Of a stretch of DNA of 32,000 nucleotides, positions 14,919 through 20,956 are shown piece after piece. The stretch is from Ktedonobacterales bacterium. GTDB lineage: Bacteria; Chloroflexota; Ktedonobacteria; Ktedonobacterales; JADMIN01. The translations under genes and the position numbers were made by a program. The notes under the pieces are model-generated. The model worked only from the letters and a program-made list of their open reading frames with translations, was not told where the DNA came from and did no database searches. The stretch covers positions 2,280,001-2,312,000 of the forward strand of contig CP126532.1 of the NCBI GenBank assembly GCA_030167145.1, given 5' to 3'. Each line of letters starts with the position of its first letter. Position 1 is the stretch's first letter.

Positions 14919-16631
14919 ATGCGGCAATCTTCGGCTTCTCCGCCACGCGGCGCGGTGCGCGTGTGGCTCAGGATGGCGGCGCTGCCACTGGCGCTTTGCT
15001 TGCTGCTGGCGCTGATTGCGCTGGTGACGCCTGCGGTGGCTGCCTCGCCTGGGGCGGGCGCCACCGCACGAGCTGGCGGCGCAGTGCTGGCCGAGCGCGC
15101 GGCGCTGCGCACACCCGCCAGCTTCGCGCATACGCTGCACGTGCCCACCGACTACCCGACGATCCAGGCGGCGGTGGATGCGGCGCAGCCCGGCGACCTG
15201 GTCTTGATCGCGCCGGGGGTCTACCACGAAGCGGTCAAGGTCAAGAATCCGGGCATCACGATTCGCGGGGTAGACCGCAATAGCGTGATTCTGGACGGGC
15301 AATCGAAGCTGCCGAATGGCTTTACGGTGCAGGCGGACAATGTCATCATCGAGAATATGACCGCGCACCACTACCTGGGTAACGGCTTTTTCTGGCAGTA
15401 TGTGCATGGGTATCGTGGCAGTTACCTGACGGCCTACGACAACGGCGACTACGGCATCTACGCTTTCGGCGCGATTACTGGGGAGTTCGACCATAGCTAC
15501 GCTTCGGGCAGCCCGGATTCGGGGTTCTACATTGGCCAGTGCTATCCGTGTGATGCGCTGATTACCGATGTGAAATCGGAGTGGAATGGGCTGGGCTATT
15601 CCGGCACGAACGCGGGTGGCAATCTGATTATTCAGAACTCGGAGTGGGATTTGAATGGCGCGGGAGTGGTGCCGAACACGCTGGATACGGAGAAGTATCC
15701 GCCGGAGCATGGCACGACGGTCCGCAACAATCTGGTCCACGATAACGGCAATCCCGATGCGCCCGCGAACAAGTCTACGCATCCGGCGATTGGCGCGGGC
15801 ATCGCGGTGCCGGGCGGCGACCTGAATTATATCACCGGCAATACCGTCTGGAACAACGCGGACTACGGCATTCTGGTGGTGGGGAATGTGGACGAACACT
15901 TGTGGCTGGCGTCGGGCAATGTGGTGACGGGCAACACGGTGAAGGGGTCGGGCATTGCGGACCTGGCGCTGGGCGGGCCGACTGGCGCGAACAATTGCTT
16001 CAGCGACAATACGGCGGCGACGACGCTGCCGCCGCTGCTGGAGGTGACGCATGCGTGTGGCTCGCCGCTGGCGCTGAATGGCGGCGGCGATATGAGCGTG
16101 ACGCTGAATCTGCTCGCGGTCTATATGAATACGGCGGGCGGGAGCTATACGCCGCGAGATTACCGGCTGCTGCCCGCGCCGCCCGCGCAGGCGAACATGC
16201 CGGACATCACGGTTGGTCCCGCGCCGATCTTCACCGAAGACTTCCCGATTGATGATTCGCCCACCGGCGCGCTGCCCGCCGCCGTGGGTAAAGGAGGCTC
16301 CGCTATGCTCGCGCCGTTTGGCTTCACCAGCTATTCGATTGTTCAGGTGCTGCTGGGTCTGTATGGGAACTGGTCGTTCTTCGCGCTATATGCGGTTTGG
16401 CTGGCAATTGCCTGCGTGGAGTTGTCGCGGCGGGATGATCTCTCTGGCGGGCGCAAGCTGGGGCTGGGCGCGCTGGTGGTGGGCATCCCGGTGATCGGGG
16501 CGATTGTGTACTATTTCACGGCGTCGAAGCTGAGCCGGGGATTCCGGCTGGCGCTGGTGGTGGGCGCGCCGCTGCTGCTGCTGGCGCTGACGGTGCTGCT
16601 GCTGGTGGTGGCGTCGCAGACGTTGGGGTAG
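14919..16631 (+). CDS. Secreted right-handed beta-helix (NosD/CASH-like) protein with C-terminal PLDc_N-type membrane anchor
   Basis: ATG 14919 with AAGGGAG 8-9 nt upstream. Signal peptide ...LALIALVTPAVAA. YPTIQAAVDAAQPGDLVLIAPGVYHE start, followed by repeated N/G-rich beta-helix turns. C-terminus WLAIACVELSRRDDLSGGRKLGLGALVVGIPVIGAIVYYF plus a final TM segment. Confidence 0.8.
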   Translation: MRQSSASPPRGAVRVWLRMAALPLALCLLLALIALVTPAVAASPGAGATARAGGAVLAERAALRTPASFAHTLHVPTDYPTIQAAVDAAQPGDLVLIAPGVYHEAVKVKNPGITIRGVDRNSVILDGQSKLPNGFTVQADNVIIENMTAHHYLGNGFFWQYVHGYRGSYLTAYDNGDYGIYAFGAITGEFDHSYASGSPDSGFYIGQCYPCDALITDVKSEWNGLGYSGTNAGGNLIIQNSEWDLNGAGVVPNTLDTEKYPPEHGTTVRNNLVHDNGNPDAPANKSTHPAIGAGIAVPGGDLNYITGNTVWNNADYGILVVGNVDEHLWLASGNVVTGNTVKGSGIADLALGGPTGANNCFSDNTAATTLPPLLEVTHACGSPLALNGGGDMSVTLNLLAVYMNTAGGSYTPRDYRLLPAPPAQANMPDITVGPAPIFTEDFPIDDSPTGALPAAVGKGGSAMLAPFGFTSYSIVQVLLGLYGNWSFFALYAVWLAIACVELSRRDDLSGGRKLGLGALVVGIPVIGAIVYYFTASKLSRGFRLALVVGAPLLLLALTVLLLVVASQTLG

Positions 16632-16673
16632 ACCTAACCCCCTGCCCCCTTCCCTGCGAGGGAAGGGGGTTTT
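16632..16673 (+). terminator. Intrinsic terminator; also copy A of the REP-like element
   Basis: Stem CCCCCTTCCCT (16645-16655) / AGGGAAGGGGG (16659-16669), loop GCG, then TTTT. Starts 1 nt after the stop codon at 16631. Confidence 0.75.
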
Positions 16674-16679
16674 CGCGCT

Positions 16680-17270
16680 CTCGGCCATAAATGGCCGGAG
16701 CACAGGCGTACAGGCATGAATGCCGGAGTGAGTACAGTGACCGGAGTGGCCGAATTTCATTTTTCGCCGCAGGTGGCAGTTGCCGATATGGCCGATTTTC
16801 TTTGGGGTGAATGACGGGATGTGGCTGGAAATGACGGGAGATGGGGGGAGATTTTTCGCCGTTTTCGCCGCAATTGCGTGTTGATTGGAGTTGCCAGAGT
16901 TGCCGATATGGCCGATTTTTGAGATTGCGCGCGGAGGGCAAGTGGGTGATGGGGGCAGTTCTCGGCCTGAAGCGCCGAGGGTAATCGTGTCCGTAGGGGC
17001 GGCGCGGTGAGGCGAGGGAGTTGCCGATTCTGCCGATTTTCGCCGCGCTGGCAGACAGGAATGTCTGCCCCACTGATGGCCGCAATGGCCGCAGATGCAG
17101 TTGCCGATGTTGCCGATGTTGCCGATTTTTGGGTTGTGCATTTTTTTCGCCGTTTTCGCCGCAATTGCGCGTTGCCGATTTCGCTGGTGAATGCAGAGCG
17201 CCGCTCCTCCGGGGTGTGGGAGGGAGCGGCGCCGTGTTGTGGCTCACCGAGGGTGTTGTGCTGCCTGGAG
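16680..17270. repeat. Repeat-dense non-coding locus: five clusters of 9-bp units (GTTGCCGAT / ATGGCCGAT / TCTGCCGAT) plus longer direct repeats
   Basis: Three perfect tandem GTTGCCGAT units at 17100-17126. Further 9-bp clusters at 16779-16796, 16889-16916, 17019-17037 and 17171-17179. Perfect 22-nt repeat AGTTGCCGATATGGCCGATTTT at 16778-16799 and 16898-16919. 32-nt repeat TTTTTCGCCGTTTTCGCCGCAATTGCG(T/C)GTTG at 16852-16883 and 17143-17174 (31/32). CCGGAG motif three times at 16695-16746. Hairpins at 17050-17069 and 17198-17232. Confidence 0.85.
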
Positions 17271-17276
17271 ATAATA

Positions 17277-17292
17277 TAGAACATATGTTCTA
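17277..17292. promoter_or_regulatory. Perfect Cheo-type LexA (SOS) box TAGAACATATGTTCTA
   Basis: 16-bp perfect palindrome matching GAAC-N4-GTTC. It is the only such site in the window. It abuts a perfect TTGACA hexamer (17295-17300) and lies 113 nt upstream of the antitoxin ATG. Confidence 0.6.
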
Positions 17293-17404
17293 GGTTGACA
17301 AGGAAGGAGGGCGGGGTATCTGGCGGAGATGGCGTGATTCCACTGTGTGCTACACTGCAACGGAGCGGAGGAAGCAACACACATAGGCAAGAGGAGTGTC
17401 ATCC

Positions 17405-17746
17405 ATGGCAACGGAGGTTCATCTCGAAGCTATCGTCCAGACGGGCGGGAAGATCGAGCTTGCTCTCCCCGACCTCATGCCTGGCCAGAGAGTCAAGGTT
17501 ACCATTGAGATCGCAGACGAGACTTCGGCTACTACTGCGTGGGAACAAGAGCATGGGCAAGATACAACGCCTGCTCCACCACGCCGGTATACGGCCCTCG
17601 AACTGATGAAGCTGCCACTGGCGGAGCGCCATCGCATCTTGGAGGAAGCTGCTGAAGAAGCTGCCGAAGAATATCGCACAAACCCAGAACTGACAGATTT
17701 TGAGGCCTTCGGGGAGGACGATTTGTATGACGACCATCCCGAATAG
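17405..17746 (+). CDS. Putative type II antitoxin (MazE position), acidic C-terminus
   Basis: ATG 17405 with GAGGAG 9 nt upstream. Small protein with an N-terminal beta-rich segment (VHLEAIVQTGGKIELALPDLMPGQRVKVTIEI) and an acidic helical tail. Its 3' end overlaps the toxin start by 20 nt. Confidence 0.65.
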   Translation: MATEVHLEAIVQTGGKIELALPDLMPGQRVKVTIEIADETSATTAWEQEHGQDTTPAPPRRYTALELMKLPLAERHRILEEAAEEAAEEYRTNPELTDFEAFGEDDLYDDHPE

Positions 17747-18080
17747 AGGCGAGATATGGATGGTCCAGTTCGATCCACAAGTGGCAGAAGAAATCGGCAA
17801 GTTACGACCTGCTGTTGTCGTCAGCGTGCCTGCCGTGGGGCGATTGCCGCTGCGGATCGTCGTCCCACTCACTGACTGGAAGCCGCGTTATGCGAATTTC
17901 CGGTGGTTCATTCATGTCACACGGACAGCAGAGGATGGCTTGGCGAAAGACTCTGGCGCAGACGCTTTTCAGATAGAGTCATTATCCATCCAGCGTTTTC
18001 GGAGTAAGCTCGGCATAGTCACAACAGCACAGATAGATGAAATTGCCGCTGCCATCGCGCTCTGTGTCGGTATGCCATAG
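17727..18080 (+). CDS. mazF: Type II toxin, PemK/MazF family endoribonuclease
   Basis: PNRGEIWMVQFDPQVAEEIGKLRPAVVVS is the family's signature N-terminus. ATG 17727 with GGAGG about 10 nt upstream. Confidence 0.88.
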   Translation: MTTIPNRGEIWMVQFDPQVAEEIGKLRPAVVVSVPAVGRLPLRIVVPLTDWKPRYANFRWFIHVTRTAEDGLAKDSGADAFQIESLSIQRFRSKLGIVTTAQIDEIAAAIALCVGMP

Positions 18081-18154
18081 AGGCCGTCAAGGAATACACC
18101 ACATATATTGCGCCCGCGCTGAAGACGTTTACGTTTGGGAGCTAGGGGCAGAAA

Positions 18155-18190
18155 CCCAACCCCCGACCCCTTCCCTACAAGGGAAGGGGT
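18155..18190. repeat. REP-like element copy B (CCCAACCCCCGACCCCTTCCCT-ACA-AGGGAAGGGGT); probable bidirectional terminator
   Basis: 10-bp stem 18167-18176 / 18180-18189, between the convergent mazF (stop 18080) and the lipoprotein gene (stop 18202). Confidence 0.6.
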
Positions 18191-18201
18191 GGCCAATACC
18201 T

Positions 18202-18855
18202 CTAGGCGGTGGGGGTGGGAAGCTTGCCGTAGATCCAATTGGGTTCGTAGGCGGGGCGCAGCCAGACGCGGTTGTACGTGGCCCAGGCGGTGTCGGGGGT
18301 GAGGGAATTCCACGCGAAGTGGGCCGCTGTGCTGGCGTTGAGGATGGCGGCTCCGTAGGAATCGGTGTAGGTGTTGCCGTAGTCGTCGAAGATTGGCCCC
18401 TGGATGGTGACGGTGATCTCGTCGAGGGTGATGTTGGGCGTGGCGTCGGGCGTCCAGAGGGCATGCTGCGCCTGGAAGCAGAGCGCCATGGTGAGTTCAT
18501 GCGCGGCGTTGACTTGGGCAATGGTGAGTGGTACGTCGCTGCTGCTGAGGGCGCCGGTGATGGCGAGGGTGTGGCGTTGTGGGTCGTAGGTGGCGGTGGT
18601 GCGCGCGACGGCGCTGCCGAAGGCTTGCTGCGCGTGGAGGGCGAAGAGTTGTTGCGTGGTCGGGGTGGCATCAGGCGCACTGGGGGTGGCTGTCGCGCGT
18701 GATGTGTGGCGGCTGGCGCTGGATGTGGGCGCGCAGCCGCCAGCGGCGAGGATGGTGAGGAGCGCGAGCAGGGCGACACAGAGGCCGCGAGGGGCGCGCT
18801 GTGCGTGATGGGCGGGGATTCCGCGAAGATGGTTCAGCATGGAAGAGATGCGCAT
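18202..18855 (-). CDS. Hypothetical lipoprotein
   Basis: ATG 18855 with AAGGAGG upstream. Signal peptide plus lipobox LTILAAGGC, then an S/T/P-rich linker and a globular domain with no motif I recognise. Confidence 0.65.
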   Translation of the reverse strand: MRISSMLNHLRGIPAHHAQRAPRGLCVALLALLTILAAGGCAPTSSASRHTSRATATPSAPDATPTTQQLFALHAQQAFGSAVARTTATYDPQRHTLAITGALSSSDVPLTIAQVNAAHELTMALCFQAQHALWTPDATPNITLDEITVTIQGPIFDDYGNTYTDSYGAAILNASTAAHFAWNSLTPDTAWATYNRVWLRPAYEPNWIYGKLPTPTA

Positions 18856-18993
18856 GGCGGTGAACTGCCTCCTTGGGAGGCAAGTATAGCGGATGCGAAG
18901 GGGGCCGCGAAGGCGCTATTTCAAAACTAGCGAGATGTGTGGGTAGGGGTGCGGGGCATGCGCGCTGGAAACGGCCCCAGCGCGCATGATAGA

Positions 18994-20526
18994 TCACTGT
19001 ACAGTTGATGTGGCTGTCCCTTGCCCTGTCGCTGCATTTCCGGTGGATTGCGGCGGTCGCGGGTGGAGGGGCAGCAGGATGGCAGCGAGCAGGCCGATGG
19101 CGGCAAAAGCAATCATCACGATGAGGGCGAGGGCGTAGTTGGCGTTCGCATTCGCCGCGGTGAGCTGGATGACCAGCACTGAGCCGACAATGGCCGTTCC
19201 CAGGGAAGACCCGAGATTCGAGACGCTGCGCGAGAGGCCGGAGATATCGCCCTGATCGCGTTCGGGGAATTCGGACTGGACGACGTTAACCGACATCGTC
19301 AACATGATGCCGATGCCACCGCCCGCCAATAGCAATCCGGGGATGATGTTCAGGATACTCGATGTGGCATTGGTCAGCAGCAACACCAGCAGCAGACCGA
19401 CGATGGTGCCGATGAAGCCTGCGACGATGAGCACCTTTTCGGGCCACCGCTTGGAGAGCCGACCGGCGATGACGGATGTGAGCAGGATGCCGACGGTGGC
19501 GGGCACCAGGGCCAGGCCCGATTCGATGGCGGAGAAGTGGCGGATCTGTTGCAGGAAGACGGAGATGACGAAGAAACTCCCCTGTAAGGTGAGCCACTGA
19601 ATGAGTTGGGTCGTAAGTCCGAGATTGGAGGTACGCACGCGGAACATTCTAGAGTGCAGAAGCGGCTCTTTGCCCGCGCGCTCGTCGGAGCGGATATGCA
19701 GGAAGAACCAGATCAGGAAGAGGACGCCGATGGCTACATAGAGCCAGACGGGTGAGATGCCGCCTTCAGGAATGACGACCGTGTTGCCAATGTAATAGTC
19801 CTGTTTGGCGGTGGTCCAGCTATAGACACCGGCCTGGAGCACCCCCAGCACGATCCAGAAGAGTCCAAGCGCGGAGAGTATCGCGCCGAGCAGGTCAAAG
19901 CGGGGGACGGCGCCATGTATGCCGGGGTCGGCGATCATGCGATAGGCGAGGTAGATGATGACAGCCACGACCAGCACCTGGAGAATGAACGAAGCGCGCC
20001 AACTGATCGTCGTGGTGATGATGCCGCCGATGAGCGGTCCGGCGGAGGCGCCAATGCCGCCAGCGGCGCTGATGATGCCGAACGAGCGGGCGCGCGTGGG
20101 GAGCGTGGTGAAGAAGACGGTGACGAGAATGTAGACGGGAGGGATCATGAACGCGGAGCCGATGCCTTCCAGCAAGGAATAGCCGACAATCAAGACGCCC
20201 AGGCTGGGGGCCAGCGCGGCTAGAAGCGCGCCCGCCCCATAGATGGAAAGGCCGAGCAAAAAACAGAATTTGCGGCCCCAGATGTCGGTCAGTTTGCTGC
20301 CAGGGATCATGAGGGCCGCCATGGTGAGGGTGAAGAGGCTGATCGCCGTTTGCACGCCGATGACTGTGGTGTTGAGGTCAGTGGCGATGCTGCTGACGGC
20401 GACGTTCATGTTGCTGCCGGCATAGCTGGCGATGAACTGCGTGAGCGCGAGCGGCACGAGCACCGATGAGGCGGTGGATCCAGAGGTTGAGAGTGCGCCT
20501 CTTCGGGCGCTCGCGGGGGTGTCCAT
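18994..20526 (-). CDS. MFS transporter, DHA2 (EmrB/QacA-like, 14-TMS) family
   Basis: ATG 20526 with AGGAGG 7 nt upstream. 14 hydrophobic segments. Motif A-like GSKLTDIWGRKF and motif C-like region. Length is typical of DHA2 drug:H+ antiporters. Confidence 0.88.
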   Translation of the reverse strand: MDTPASARRGALSTSGSTASSVLVPLALTQFIASYAGSNMNVAVSSIATDLNTTVIGVQTAISLFTLTMAALMIPGSKLTDIWGRKFCFLLGLSIYGAGALLAALAPSLGVLIVGYSLLEGIGSAFMIPPVYILVTVFFTTLPTRARSFGIISAAGGIGASAGPLIGGIITTTISWRASFILQVLVVAVIIYLAYRMIADPGIHGAVPRFDLLGAILSALGLFWIVLGVLQAGVYSWTTAKQDYYIGNTVVIPEGGISPVWLYVAIGVLFLIWFFLHIRSDERAGKEPLLHSRMFRVRTSNLGLTTQLIQWLTLQGSFFVISVFLQQIRHFSAIESGLALVPATVGILLTSVIAGRLSKRWPEKVLIVAGFIGTIVGLLLVLLLTNATSSILNIIPGLLLAGGGIGIMLTMSVNVVQSEFPERDQGDISGLSRSVSNLGSSLGTAIVGSVLVIQLTAANANANYALALIVMIAFAAIGLLAAILLPLHPRPPQSTGNAATGQGTATSTVQ

Positions 20527-20708
20527 TTTCTCGCCTCCTATCCGGCGTTTCCTATCGGGTCTCGTGTGCCTGGCAAACCTCAGCGCGTCTCAGACGCTAC
20601 TGGGCGCGTACCCTGTGGCCAGTCACGTTCCCGACCACTGGATGCACCGCCATGGCGAATCGCTACGATAGCTATGCCAGATGTATGCCACGGTTCAGCG
20701 GATACGGA

Positions 20709-20744
20709 CCTAACCCCCAACCCCTTCCCTTGTAGGGAAGGGGT
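20709..20744. repeat. REP-like element copy C (CCTAACCCCCAACCCCTTCCCT-TGT-AGGGAAGGGGT)
   Basis: 10-bp stem 20721-20730 / 20734-20743, with the same conserved 5' flank as copies A and B. Confidence 0.6.
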
Positions 20745-20825
20745 GAACGGACAAGCACGAATGTCCGCCTCACCAGGGAAGGGGTGAACGGACAAGCACG
20801 AATGTCCGCCTCACCAGGGAAGGGG
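20734..20825. repeat. Perfect 41-bp tandem repeat (2.2 copies)
   Basis: Unit AGGGAAGGGGTGAACGGACAAGCACGAATGTCCGCCTCACC at 20734-20774 and 20775-20815 (identical), with a partial third copy at 20816-20825. The unit begins with the right arm of REP copy C and contains its own CGGACA/TGTCCG hairpin. Confidence 0.9.
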
Positions 20826-20864
20826 AGAAAGGAGAGAATCGCCGCCCACTTGAACACCTGTATG

Positions 20865-20873
20865 TGGTACAAT
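20865..20873 (+). promoter_or_regulatory. Candidate extended -10 element TGGTACAAT for the helicase-fusion gene
   Basis: TGn + TACAAT, 84 nt upstream of GTG 20957. A TTGAAC hexamer at 20850-20855 is too close (12 nt) to serve as a canonical -35. Confidence 0.35.
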
Positions 20874-20956
20874 GGCAGGGTGCGCCGCCGCAAAATACCG
20901 TAGCTCATGCTGGTCCGATCCATGGGCAGTCCAGTCACATATAAGGAGCCGCATTC

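Noticed and set aside
14835-16052. 405-aa minus-strand ORF
   Set aside because: It is antisense to the beta-helix gene. The peptide is extremely Arg/His/Gln-rich and low-complexity, so it is a shadow ORF.
16759-17180. Possible CRISPR array
   Set aside because: The repeat units are only 9 bp (longest 22-32 bp, two copies each). They are contiguous or irregularly spaced, without uniform spacers. No cas genes are present in the window.
16386-17380. Three overlapping minus-strand ORFs (251, 243 and 207 aa) across the repeat locus
   Set aside because: Their open frames are a by-product of 9-bp (3n) repeats, giving IGNIGNIGN or SATSATSAT peptides. They overlap each other in all frames, there is no RBS, and one runs back into the beta-helix CDS.
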